DNA of 64,000 nucleotides from an uncultured Gemmatimonadales bacterium. GTDB taxonomy: Bacteria > Gemmatimonadota > Gemmatimonadetes > Gemmatimonadales > GWC2-71-9. The notes beneath the pieces were generated by a model that was given only the letters and a program-made list of their open reading frames with translations, was not told the DNA's origin and searched no databases. Of the stretch, positions 16,026 through 25,378 are shown piece by piece. Within the stretch, counting starts at the first letter, position 1, and the number at the start of each line of letters is the position of its first letter. Location: NCBI GenBank assembly GCA_963828735.1, contig CAWHFW010000005.1:1728001-1792000 (forward strand), read 5' to 3'. The position numbers and the translations under genes are program-made.

Positions 16026-17250
16026 CGCGGTGCTGGCGGTGCTGCTGGCCGTCGCTGGGCCGCCGAGCCGGCGCATCGTGGTGGCCCAGGCCGGACCGGT
16101 CCCCACGATCGCCGCGGCCCTGGCCCGCGCGCACGCGGGCGACACCATCGTCGTGACGGCCGGCGTGTACCGGGAGCCCCGGCTCGAGGTGACGGTGCCG
16201 GTGACGATCCTCGGCCAGGGCAATGCCGTCCTCGACGGCGGAGGCGACCACGAGGTCCTGACCGTCCGCGCCGACGACGTCACCGTTCGCGGACTCACCA
16301 TCCGCAATGTCGGCGTGAGCTACGTCGAGGATCGCGCCGGGATCCGGCTCGACCGGGCGCGTCGCTGCACGATCGCCGACAACCTGCTGCTGGACACCTT
16401 CTTCGGCATCTACGCCGCGCGGGCGGAAGGCTGCGTGATCTCGGGGAACAGGATCCAGGGCCGGGCGCGGCAGCAAACCGCCGCGGGCAACGGGATTCAC
16501 CTGTTCTCCTCGGCCGGCTTCACCGTCTCGCGCAACCTGATCGCGGGGCATCGCGACGGCATCTACCTCGAGTTCTCCCGGCGGGCCACGATCGCGGGCA
16601 ATGAGAGCCGCGGCAACCTGCGCTACGGGCTCCATTTCATGTACTCGGACAGCTGTACGTACCAGGGGAACGCGTTCGTGGGCAACACGGCGGGCGTCGC
16701 GGTGATGTACAGCAGGAGCGTGACGATGACGCGAAACCGGTTCGAGGACAACCGGGGGGCGGCCGCCTATGGGCTCCTGCTCAAGGAGATCAAGGACAGC
16801 CGCATCGAGGACAACGTCCTGGCCCGGAACACCGTCGGGCTGTTCGCCGAGGGCGTGGACCGAACCTCGGTCGAGCGCAACCAGTTCCTGGACAACGGCT
16901 GGGCGATCCGCCTCATGGCCGACGCCACCGAGAACGCCTTCGTCCACAACCGGTTCGAGGGGAACACCTTCGACGTCACGACCAACAGCCAGGCGAGCAG
17001 CCCGAGCACCTTCGCCGAGAACTACTGGGACTCGTACGCCGGCTACGACCTCGACCGCGACGGCATCGGCGACGTGCCTCATCGTCCGGTGCGCCTGTTC
17101 GCGGTGCTCGCCGAGCAGAACAAGCCGCTCCTGATCCTGCTGCACAGCTTCCTGTTCGACCTGCTGGATGCCGCCGAGCGGGTGATTCCCCTCATCACGC
17201 CGGAGACGCTGGCGGACGCCCGGCCCCTCATGCGGTGGGACGACCGATGA
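16018..17250 (+). CDS. nosD: Nitrous-oxide reductase maturation protein NosD
   Basis: Beta-helix repeats GNGIHL, HRDGIYLEFS, LRYGLHFMYS, ENYWDSYAGYDLDRDGIGDVPH. Confidence 0.95.
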   Translation: MGSAVLAVLLAVAGPPSRRIVVAQAGPVPTIAAALARAHAGDTIVVTAGVYREPRLEVTVPVTILGQGNAVLDGGGDHEVLTVRADDVTVRGLTIRNVGVSYVEDRAGIRLDRARRCTIADNLLLDTFFGIYAARAEGCVISGNRIQGRARQQTAAGNGIHLFSSAGFTVSRNLIAGHRDGIYLEFSRRATIAGNESRGNLRYGLHFMYSDSCTYQGNAFVGNTAGVAVMYSRSVTMTRNRFEDNRGAAAYGLLLKEIKDSRIEDNVLARNTVGLFAEGVDRTSVERNQFLDNGWAIRLMADATENAFVHNRFEGNTFDVTTNSQASSPSTFAENYWDSYAGYDLDRDGIGDVPHRPVRLFAVLAEQNKPLLILLHSFLFDLLDAAERVIPLITPETLADARPLMRWDDR

Positions 17251-18002
17251 CCGAGCTCGCCCTGGTAACACCGCTCACCCGGCCCCGCACGGCGGTGTCG
17301 GCCTCGGGTGTCAGCAAGCGCTTCGGCCGCGTGACCGCGCTGAGAGACGTGGACCTTGCGGTGCGGGCAGGACGAGTGACTGCCCTGCTGGGACCCAACG
17401 GAGCGGGGAAGTCCACCTTCATCAAGCTGCTGCTCGGCCTGATCAGGGCGGACGCCGGATCGCTGGCCGTGGATGGCGTCGCGGTCGGCAGCGATCCGGG
17501 CTATCGGCAGACGATCGGCTACATGCCGCAGCATCCTCGCTTCCCGGAGAACCTCACGGGCCGGGAGGTCGTGCGCCTGCTTCGAGACCTGCGCGGGGAC
17601 GCGGTCCCCGAGGACGACGAGCTCTTCGAGGAGTTCGGGCTCGCGGCCGAGCTCGACAAGCCGGTGCGGACGCTCTCGGGGGGAACGCGTCAGAAGCTGA
17701 ACGCCGCGGTCGCGTTCATGTTCCGGCCCACCCTGCTGGTGCTGGACGAGCCCACGGCGGGCCTCGACCCCGTGGCCAGCGCTCGCCTCAAGGCCAAGAT
17801 TCTCCGGGTCCGGCAGGCCGGCGCCTCGGTGCTCGTGGTGTCCCACCTGTTGAGCGAGCTGGACGACCTGGCCGACGACGTCGTGTACCTGGTGGATGGC
17901 ACGGTGGAGTTCGCGGGCCCGTTGCGGCAGCTCCGGGAGGCGACCGGGGAGAGCCGCCTGGAGCGGGCAGTCGTTCGCCTGATGGAGCGGAGGGCATCAT
18001 GA
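17247..18002 (+). CDS. nosF: ABC transporter ATP-binding protein NosF
   Basis: GPNGAGKST, LSGG, LDEPTAGLD; ATGA overlap with nosD. Confidence 0.9.
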   Translation: MTELALVTPLTRPRTAVSASGVSKRFGRVTALRDVDLAVRAGRVTALLGPNGAGKSTFIKLLLGLIRADAGSLAVDGVAVGSDPGYRQTIGYMPQHPRFPENLTGREVVRLLRDLRGDAVPEDDELFEEFGLAAELDKPVRTLSGGTRQKLNAAVAFMFRPTLLVLDEPTAGLDPVASARLKAKILRVRQAGASVLVVSHLLSELDDLADDVVYLVDGTVEFAGPLRQLREATGESRLERAVVRLMERRAS

Positions 18003-18778
18003 CGGCCACCAAGGTCCTGCGGTTCGAGCTCCGCGACCTGGCGCGGAGTCGCTGGGTCGGCGGGTATGCGCTCTTCCTCCTGCTGCTGACGACTCTGCTC
18101 CTCCGCTTCGGCGGCGGCGGGCCGCGCGCCGTGCTGAGCCTGATGAACGTCGTCCTGACGGTCGTTCCGCTGGCGAGCCTCGTGTTCGGTACCATGTACC
18201 TGTACGGCTCCCGCGATTTCATCGAGCTGCTGCTGGCACAGCCGGTGAGCCGCCCCGCGCTGTTCGCGGGTCTGTATGCCGGGCTGGTCGTGCCGCTCGC
18301 CTGCGGATTCCTGCTCGGTGTCGGGTTGCCGTTCCTCTGGTACGGGACGACGCTCGCGGGTCCGGTGGCGGCGCTGCTCGGCACGGGGACGCTGCTGACG
18401 CTGGTGTTCACCGCGGTCGCGATGCTGGTTTCGCTGACCGTGGATGACCGGGCGAAGGGGCTCGGCGCAGCGATCCTCCTCTGGCTCGGAGCGACCGCGC
18501 TGTACGACGCGCTCCTCGTGCTCGTCGCCTCGACCCTCTCCGATCATCCGCTCGAGCTGCCACTGCTCGGCCTCACCCTGCTCAACCCCGTAGACCTTGG
18601 CCGGGTGCTGTTGCTGCTCCGGCTGGATACGGCGGCGCTGATGGGCTACACGGGCGCCGTCTTCGAGCGATTCTTCGGGAGCGCACAGGGGGTCGTCGTC
18701 ACGGTGGTCGCGCTCGCATTCTGGTGCGCGGGCCCTCTGGCCCTGGCCCGGCGGCGGTTCGAGCGAAAGGATTTTTGA
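17999..18778 (+). CDS. nosY: ABC transporter permease NosY
   Basis: Six hydrophobic segments, FIELLLAQPVSR, LNPVDLGR, ALMGYTGA; ATGA overlap with nosF. Confidence 0.9.
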   Translation: MTATKVLRFELRDLARSRWVGGYALFLLLLTTLLLRFGGGGPRAVLSLMNVVLTVVPLASLVFGTMYLYGSRDFIELLLAQPVSRPALFAGLYAGLVVPLACGFLLGVGLPFLWYGTTLAGPVAALLGTGTLLTLVFTAVAMLVSLTVDDRAKGLGAAILLWLGATALYDALLVLVASTLSDHPLELPLLGLTLLNPVDLGRVLLLLRLDTAALMGYTGAVFERFFGSAQGVVVTVVALAFWCAGPLALARRRFERKDF

Positions 18779-18855
18779 CACCAACCGCACTACCTCGCCG
18801 TTACGGCGTGTGTTATTCTTGACTTCACAGGTCAAAATACACATTCCGTCTGCCT

Positions 18856-18891
18856 AGTAAGCTGGCAGGTACCAGTAAGCTGGCAGGTAAC
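18856..18891 (+). repeat. 18-bp tandem duplication
   Basis: AGTAAGCTGGCAGGTACC followed by AGTAAGCTGGCAGGTAAC. Confidence 0.9.
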
Positions 18892-18937
18892 TGGACGAGG
18901 CTCTACGCGACATTTCCTGCGTGGCAACGCCGTCATT

Positions 18938-21900
18938 GTGGTGCTTGGTGCCGTCGCATATTTAGTCGCCGGTAGGGTTGGCCTCCTCCTCTCCTTCGGC
19001 GCTCAGAACGTCTCCTCGCTGTGGCCGGCCGCTGGCGTCGCGCTCGCCCTCCTCTGGCGGTTCGGGCTCCGCTCCTGGCCGGGCGTGTTCCTCGGGGTCA
19101 TTGCCGCCTGCATCGGTTCGCGGTACCCGTTCAATGCCGCGATCCTGTTCGCCGTCGGCAACACCCTGGCAGCGGTCGCCGGCGTCCTGATGCTCCGGCG
19201 CGTGCCCGGTTTTCATCCGGGACTCGAGCGCCTGAGCGACGTAGTCCGGCTCACGGTGGTGAGCATCCTCGCCCCGACGGTGAGCGCCACGTTCGGCGTG
19301 CTCAGTCTCGCCGCAACCCACGCCTACCCGCTGACCCCGCCGATCGATCAGTGGCTCACCTACTGGTCGGGCGACGCGCTCGGCACCCTGCTCGTGGCCC
19401 CGCTCCTTTTCGTCTGGCTTGCCGGCCCGTACCGCCGGCCGAGCTGGCGCGTGGGCGCCGAGGCGACCATTCTGGCCGCGCTGCTGCTCACCCTGACGTA
19501 CGCGGTGTACTTCCGCACGCTGCCGCGACCGAGCCTGCTCTATCCGGTCGTCATCTGGGCGGCACTCCGGTTCGACCTGCGGGGCGCGACGCTCGCCGCG
19601 ACTGTCGTCGCGATCGGAGCCGTCTGGGCCTCCGCCACGGGCTTCGGTCCGCTCGTGCACGACGTCCCGGCCGAGACCGCGCACTCGCTCCAGATCGTCG
19701 TGGCTGTCACCGTGGGGATGGCCCTCGTCATCGGATCGGTCACCGCCGAGCGGCGCCGGGCGCTGGAGGCCTGGCGGACCGCGAGCGAAAGCCTGCGGGC
19801 GGTGTTCGATGCCGCGCCGCTGGCGATCGTCGCGACCGACGAGCAGGGACTCGTGAGCCGCTGGAACGCGGGTGCCGAGCAGTTGTTCGGATGGCGACGG
19901 GACGAGGTGATAGGGCGGCACCTGCCGACGATTCCCGACGACCGCCGCGAGGAGTTCGACAGGCTGTTGGCGCGGCAGGCCCGGGGGGAGTCCATCGTCG
20001 GGCTCGAGACCGTGCGGCGCCATCGGAGTGGCCGGCAGGTCCACGTGAACCTCTCTCTCGCGGGACTCCGCGGCCCGGAGGGCCGCATGGTCGGCAGCAT
20101 CGCGCTGATCGAAGACATCAGCGCCCGGCGCCAACAGCGGGACAAGCTGCGCGAGAGTGAGGCTCGCCTCCACACCGCGCTCGAGAGCCTGCCGTTCGAC
20201 TTCTGGATCTGCGACCAGGATGGGCGCTACGTGCTCCAGAACCCCGCGTCGGTTCGCCGTTGGGGGCGGCGCATCGGCTCGACCGCGGCAGATGCCGAGG
20301 TGTCACCCGAGATCCGCGCGCTCTGGACCGAGCGGAACCGGCGCGCCTTCGCGGGCGAGGTGGTGCAGGGAGAAGTCGAGTACGCCCTGCCCGAGGGCCA
20401 CCGCCACTTCCATGACATCATCGCGCCGGTCTACGACGGGGGCGAGGTGCGGGGCATCCTCGGCTGCAACATAGACATCACCGAGCGGAAACGGGCCGAG
20501 GCGGCGCTGGCGCAGCAGAAGGAGATCCTGCAGACCATCTTCGACCACGTCCCCGTGATGATCGCGTTCATCGACGCCGACGGCCGATTCCAGTGGGTGA
20601 ATCGGGCCTGGCGCGAGCAGCTCGGCTGGTCGATCGACGAGATGCAGGGCCGGGACATGATGGCCGAGTTCTACCCGAACCCCCGCGAGCGGAAGCAGGC
20701 GGTGGCGTTCGCCCTCTCGGCCGACTCCCAGTGGACGGACTTCCGGACCCGGACGCGAAGCGGCGAGGTGGTGGACGCCTCGTGGGCCGCCGTCCGATTG
20801 TCGGATGGGACCACGATTCAGATCGGCCAGGACGTGGGAGAGCGCCGTGAGACCGAACGCGCGCTCCGGCTGAGCGAGGCCCAGCTCCGCCAGGCACAGA
20901 AGATGGAGGCCATCGGCCGGCTCGCCGGCGGCGTCGCCCACGATTTCAACAACCTGCTGACCAGCATCCTGGGGTACACCGGCCTCATGTTGGACGACCT
21001 CCCCGCGGGTCACGCACTGCGCAACGATCTCGGCGAGGTCCATCATGCCGCCGAGCGCGCCGCGGACCTCACCAGCCAGTTGCTCGCGTTCAGCCGGAAG
21101 CAGGTGATCGAGCCGAAGATCCTGGACCCGAACGCCGTCATCGGGCGCATCACCGCCATGCTACGGCGCCTCATCGGCGAGCACATCGAGCTCACGACGG
21201 TGCTCGAGCCAACCCTCGGCCGCGTCCTGGCCGATCGGGGCCAGATCGAGCAGGTGATCGTGAACCTCGTCGTCAACGCGCGGGACGCCATGCCTGACGG
21301 CGGCCACCTTCGCATCGAGACCACCAACGTCGTGCTCGACGACGAGTTCAAGCGTCGGCACGTCGGGGCCGTGGCGGGACCCCACGTGATGCTGGCGGTC
21401 AGCGACGAGGGCGTCGGGATCGATCCCGAGATTCAGCCGCACATCTTCGAGCCGTTCTTCACCACCAAGGACAAGGCGAAGGGCACAGGCCTCGGCCTCG
21501 CGACGGTCTACGGGATCGTGAAGCAGAGCGGAGGCTACATCGCGGTGGACAGCGCGTCCGGGCGCGGGACGACGATGCGGGTGTACCTGCCGCTCGCCAT
21601 GGTCATGCCGCTCCCGGTCGTCTCGCTGGCCGAGGAGCGGAGCAGCGGAGGCAGCGAGACGATCCTGCTGGTCGAAGACGAGGCCTCGGTGCGCGGGCTC
21701 ACGCGGCGGCTCCTGGCGAACGCGGGATATACCGTTCTGGCGGCGGGCGACGCGGATGAGGCGCTCCGGATCTCGGGGGAATACGAGGGCTCCGTGGAGC
21801 TGCTGCTCACCGACGTCATCATGAGCGGACTCAGCGGTCCACGCCTGGCGGAGACGCTGCTCGGGCTCCGGCCGGAGCTGGCCGTGCTCTACATGTCGGG

Positions 21901-22057
21901 GTACAACGAGGATACCATCGTCCGGCAGGGGGTGTTACGGCAGGGCGTCGCGTATCTCCAGAAGCCTTTCACACCAGGCGCTCTGGCGCAGCGGGTGCGC
22001 GAAGTGCTGGATGCGCGGCTCGTGGACCAGGGGAGCGAGGACCTGGCGGCCGGGTAG
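18938..22057 (+). CDS. Hybrid histidine kinase: MASE1, 3 PAS, HisKA, HATPase, receiver
   Basis: MASE1 WPAAGVALA...YWSGDALG; PAS repeats; AGGVAHDFNNLL; NLVVNARDAM; GTGLGL; ILLVEDE...TDVIM...KPF. Confidence 0.92.
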   Translation: MVLGAVAYLVAGRVGLLLSFGAQNVSSLWPAAGVALALLWRFGLRSWPGVFLGVIAACIGSRYPFNAAILFAVGNTLAAVAGVLMLRRVPGFHPGLERLSDVVRLTVVSILAPTVSATFGVLSLAATHAYPLTPPIDQWLTYWSGDALGTLLVAPLLFVWLAGPYRRPSWRVGAEATILAALLLTLTYAVYFRTLPRPSLLYPVVIWAALRFDLRGATLAATVVAIGAVWASATGFGPLVHDVPAETAHSLQIVVAVTVGMALVIGSVTAERRRALEAWRTASESLRAVFDAAPLAIVATDEQGLVSRWNAGAEQLFGWRRDEVIGRHLPTIPDDRREEFDRLLARQARGESIVGLETVRRHRSGRQVHVNLSLAGLRGPEGRMVGSIALIEDISARRQQRDKLRESEARLHTALESLPFDFWICDQDGRYVLQNPASVRRWGRRIGSTAADAEVSPEIRALWTERNRRAFAGEVVQGEVEYALPEGHRHFHDIIAPVYDGGEVRGILGCNIDITERKRAEAALAQQKEILQTIFDHVPVMIAFIDADGRFQWVNRAWREQLGWSIDEMQGRDMMAEFYPNPRERKQAVAFALSADSQWTDFRTRTRSGEVVDASWAAVRLSDGTTIQIGQDVGERRETERALRLSEAQLRQAQKMEAIGRLAGGVAHDFNNLLTSILGYTGLMLDDLPAGHALRNDLGEVHHAAERAADLTSQLLAFSRKQVIEPKILDPNAVIGRITAMLRRLIGEHIELTTVLEPTLGRVLADRGQIEQVIVNLVVNARDAMPDGGHLRIETTNVVLDDEFKRRHVGAVAGPHVMLAVSDEGVGIDPEIQPHIFEPFFTTKDKAKGTGLGLATVYGIVKQSGGYIAVDSASGRGTTMRVYLPLAMVMPLPVVSLAEERSSGGSETILLVEDEASVRGLTRRLLANAGYTVLAAGDADEALRISGEYEGSVELLLTDVIMSGLSGPRLAETLLGLRPELAVLYMSGYNEDTIVRQGVLRQGVAYLQKPFTPGALAQRVREVLDARLVDQGSEDLAAG

Positions 22058-22078
22058 AGTGGGGCGCCGAACGCGGTC

Positions 22079-23650
22079 CTACGCCCCGCCCGCCACCGCC
22101 CGCACCGCTGACACCACCCCCGGCTGGACAGCCACGTCCGCAAGCGCGGCCACCGCGCCGATCACCGTAACGACCGGGTTCTCGAGCCCGTCCCGGTCGG
22201 CCGCGTCGGCGATCGTGGCGAGCGTGGCCCGCGTGACCCGCTGCTCGGCCGTCGTGGCGCTCTGAATGCAGGCGGCCGGCGTCTCCGGGTCCCGGCCCGC
22301 CGCCACGAGCTGCGCGGTCAACGCGCCAAGGCTCGCTCGGCCCATCAGCACCACCAACGTATCCACGGCCGCCAGCCCACTGACGTCGATCGCTTCGCCC
22401 GACCCGTCGGCGGTGTGCGCCGTGACCACCGCGAACGAGCGTGCGAGCCCGCGCGCCGTCACCGGAATGCCCGCCGCGGCAGGCGCGGCGATGGCGCTGC
22501 TCACCCCCGGCACCACGTAGACCAGGACGCCCGCCTCGCGGCACGCGGCCGCCTCCTCGCTTCCTCGCCCGAAGACGAACGGGTCGCCGCCCTTGAGCCG
22601 GACCACGGTGTGACCGAGCCGCGCCCGTGCCACGAGCATCGCATTGATCTCGTGCTGAGCGTACGGCGCGTGTCCCGGACCCTTGCCGACGTCGATGAGC
22701 TCGGCGTCGGCGCGTGCTTCCTGGAGCAGCTCGGGTCCGATCAGGCGGTCGTGCACCACCACGTCCGCCGCGCGGAGGAGATCGAGCCCGCGTGAGGTGA
22801 TGAGGCCCGGGTCGCCGGGGCCGCCGCCGACCAGATGGACCGTCCCGGTCTTCTTCGGCGGCCCGGTCATGAGCCGGGGACGGAAGCGCCGCGCGGGCGG
22901 CGGCGTGTGCTTACGCGCCAGGTCGACGACGATCTCCTCGAGCCCGGCGTATCCCCCGACGGCGTCGTCGATCAGGAGCCGCCGGTCGTCCCCCACCCCC
23001 TCCCGCCAGCCCTCGATGGCAGGCAAGCCCGCCAGCAGGGGCACGTCCTCGACCGCATGGGTTCCTCCCCCGATCAGGAACGGGATCACCAGTACGGTCG
23101 GGCGGCGGACCGATGCGACCACGCGGTCGAGCGGGGGGTCGTCGTCCAGGAATCCGGCCGCCACGTGGCCCGCCACGCGCCGGCGCCGCAGCGTATCGGC
23201 AAGCAGCTCGGTGGCGGCCCGGCTCTTCGGGTGCCGGCCCGTGCCATGGCCCGCGATCACCAGCCCGACGTCTTCCCGATCGACGTGCCGATCGCGCAGC
23301 AGCTCGGTCACCCGGCGGGCAACGAGCGGGGCCACGCCGGGGTGGGTGCCGACCGGCGGCGTCTGCCGCAGCCGCACGCCGCCGAACCTCCGATTCCGGG
23401 CGAGCGCCTCGGGCAAGACGATCTCACTGTAGTATCCGGCGCTCGTCAGGAACGGGACGACCGTCACCTCCTCCGCCTCGAGCTCGTCGAGCACGGCATC
23501 GAATCCGGGCTCGCCCTGGTGGAACGCCACCGCGATCTCGTCGAAGAGCCGGCGCGCGCGCAGCGATTCGGCCAGCCGCCGCACCAGCGCGTTCGCGCAC
23601 GGCTCCCGCCGCGAGCCGTGCGCGGCGATGACCAGCGCCCGGCCGCTCAC
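22079..23650 (-). CDS. cobA: Fusion of CbiX/SirB sirohydrochlorin chelatase and uroporphyrinogen-III C-methyltransferase
   Basis: N-terminal AAHGSR...VPFLTSAG and second half AGHGT...PFLIGGGTH; C-terminal VHLVGGGPGDPGLIT, VVRLKGGDPFVFGRG, VPGVSS. Confidence 0.9.
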   Translation of the reverse strand: MSGRALVIAAHGSRREPCANALVRRLAESLRARRLFDEIAVAFHQGEPGFDAVLDELEAEEVTVVPFLTSAGYYSEIVLPEALARNRRFGGVRLRQTPPVGTHPGVAPLVARRVTELLRDRHVDREDVGLVIAGHGTGRHPKSRAATELLADTLRRRRVAGHVAAGFLDDDPPLDRVVASVRRPTVLVIPFLIGGGTHAVEDVPLLAGLPAIEGWREGVGDDRRLLIDDAVGGYAGLEEIVVDLARKHTPPPARRFRPRLMTGPPKKTGTVHLVGGGPGDPGLITSRGLDLLRAADVVVHDRLIGPELLQEARADAELIDVGKGPGHAPYAQHEINAMLVARARLGHTVVRLKGGDPFVFGRGSEEAAACREAGVLVYVVPGVSSAIAAPAAAGIPVTARGLARSFAVVTAHTADGSGEAIDVSGLAAVDTLVVLMGRASLGALTAQLVAAGRDPETPAACIQSATTAEQRVTRATLATIADAADRDGLENPVVTVIGAVAALADVAVQPGVVSAVRAVAGGA

Positions 23651-25371
23651 CGGGCCACCTCCTGCGGCAACAGGTCGATCGTCGGCAGCTCGCGGCCGGT
23701 GACGACGGTGCGCTTCGCGCGGAGCCCCATCAGCCGCTGATAGAAGTCGCCCAGGCTCTCGTCACCGTCGCGCTCCGCCGCCCATCGGTGCAGCAGTGGA
23801 CGCATGGTGTCGAGCAGCTCCTCGATCGGTACGTCGGCCCGGTAGAGATCCACCAGCCGGTCGCCCGCGAGTCCTCCCCCGACGTACACGTTGTACAGCC
23901 CGAGCGAGCGACCCACGAACGCGAGATCCGCGGTATAGGGACGCGCACAGCCGTTGGGGCAGCCGGTCATGCGGATGGTGAGCGGCGCATCGCGCAGGCC
24001 GAGGTGCTCGAGCTCGGCCTCGAAGTGGTCGAGCAGGCCGGGAATCGCGCGCTCCGACTCGGCCACCGCGAGACCGCAGGTCGGCAGGGCGGGGCAGGCC
24101 ATGGAAAACCGCCGCGCGGCCGAGAGCCTCGTCGGCAGGGTGACGCCGTGGGCCTGGAGGATGCGCTCGACGGTCTCGATGCCGTCGGAGTCGAGGTCGG
24201 TGAGCAGCAGGTTCTGCTGGCCGGTGAGACGGATGCCGGGGCGCAGCCGTGCGACGATCTCGTGCAGCGCGCTCTTGAGCCGATGCGCTCCCGTGTCCAC
24301 GATCCGTCCGCTCTGGATGAACACGCCATAGAACCACCGCCCGTCGCTCTGTCGGTGACGGCCGAGGTGGTCGTGGAACGGGAGCCGCGGGAGGCTCACG
24401 GCCGGCGCGAGCGTGAACGACGCCCGCCGCTGGAACTCCTCGCGGAAGCGCGGCGTGCCCCAGTCGGCGAGGAGGTACTTGAGCCGCGCGTGCCGGCGAT
24501 CGCTCCGGTTCCCGTGGTCGCGGAAGATCGCGGCCACGATCCGCACGGCCTCGACGCCGTGCTCGGTCGGCACGAAGCCGAGCGGCTCGGCCAGGCGGGC
24601 GGCGGTGTCGCCCTTGTGGTGCGTCATGCCCAGGCCGCCGCCGACCAGCAGGTTGAAGCCGCGGATCCGCCCGTCCTCGACGATCGCGAGGAGCCCCACG
24701 TCGTGGGCCCAGATGTCCACGCAGTTGTCGGTCGAGAGGCCGACCGCGGTCTTGAACTTCCGCGGGAGGTAGCGGTCGCGGTAGAAGGGCTCTTCCTGCT
24801 CGGACGATTCCTGCTTCTCGCCGTCGAGCCAGATCTCGTGGTACGCCCGCGTCCCCGGGCGCAGCTCGACCGCGAGCGCTTCAGCGACGGCACGAACGGC
24901 GGCGTGATCGGCATCCGCGAGCGGCGCCGAGCACCCCATGACGTTGCGTTGGACGTCGCCGCAGGCGGAAATGGTCGTGAGGAGCGCCTCATTCACGCGC
25001 GCGATCGTGGGCTTGAGCTCGCCCTTGAGCACGCCGTGGAACTGAAAGCCCTGGCGGGTGGTGACCCGCAGGGTGGCGTTGCCATGCTCGTCGGCGATCC
25101 GCTCGAGGGCGAGGTACTGCTCCCCAGCCAGCTGTCCGGCGGGGATCGCCACCCGCACCATGAAGCTGTACGCCTTCTCGAGGCCGGCGGCCTCGAGCAC
25201 GCGGCGCGCGTCGCGATCGTCCTGCTGGTACGTGCCGTGGAACTTGAGCAGGGCGACGTCGTCGCCGCCGAAGTGCGTCCGGTCGGAGCCGAGCGTCTCG
25301 GCGATGGTGCCGCGCAGGTGATGGCCCTGGCGCTTGGCGACCTCGACCTTGGATTCCGGTTGTCCGGTCAT
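23647..25371 (-). CDS. cysI: Assimilatory sulfite reductase hemoprotein (siroheme, 4Fe-4S)
   Basis: KFHGTYQQDDRD, TTRQ, ACGDVQRNV, YLPRKFK, ACPALPTCGLA, MTGCPNGCARP. Confidence 0.95.
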   Translation of the reverse strand: MTGQPESKVEVAKRQGHHLRGTIAETLGSDRTHFGGDDVALLKFHGTYQQDDRDARRVLEAAGLEKAYSFMVRVAIPAGQLAGEQYLALERIADEHGNATLRVTTRQGFQFHGVLKGELKPTIARVNEALLTTISACGDVQRNVMGCSAPLADADHAAVRAVAEALAVELRPGTRAYHEIWLDGEKQESSEQEEPFYRDRYLPRKFKTAVGLSTDNCVDIWAHDVGLLAIVEDGRIRGFNLLVGGGLGMTHHKGDTAARLAEPLGFVPTEHGVEAVRIVAAIFRDHGNRSDRRHARLKYLLADWGTPRFREEFQRRASFTLAPAVSLPRLPFHDHLGRHRQSDGRWFYGVFIQSGRIVDTGAHRLKSALHEIVARLRPGIRLTGQQNLLLTDLDSDGIETVERILQAHGVTLPTRLSAARRFSMACPALPTCGLAVAESERAIPGLLDHFEAELEHLGLRDAPLTIRMTGCPNGCARPYTADLAFVGRSLGLYNVYVGGGLAGDRLVDLYRADVPIEELLDTMRPLLHRWAAERDGDESLGDFYQRLMGLRAKRTVVTGRELPTIDLLPQEVAR

Positions 25372-25378
25372 CGCTGCC

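Noticed and set aside
18856..18891. CRISPR repeat
   Set aside because: Only two adjacent units, no spacers and no cas genes.
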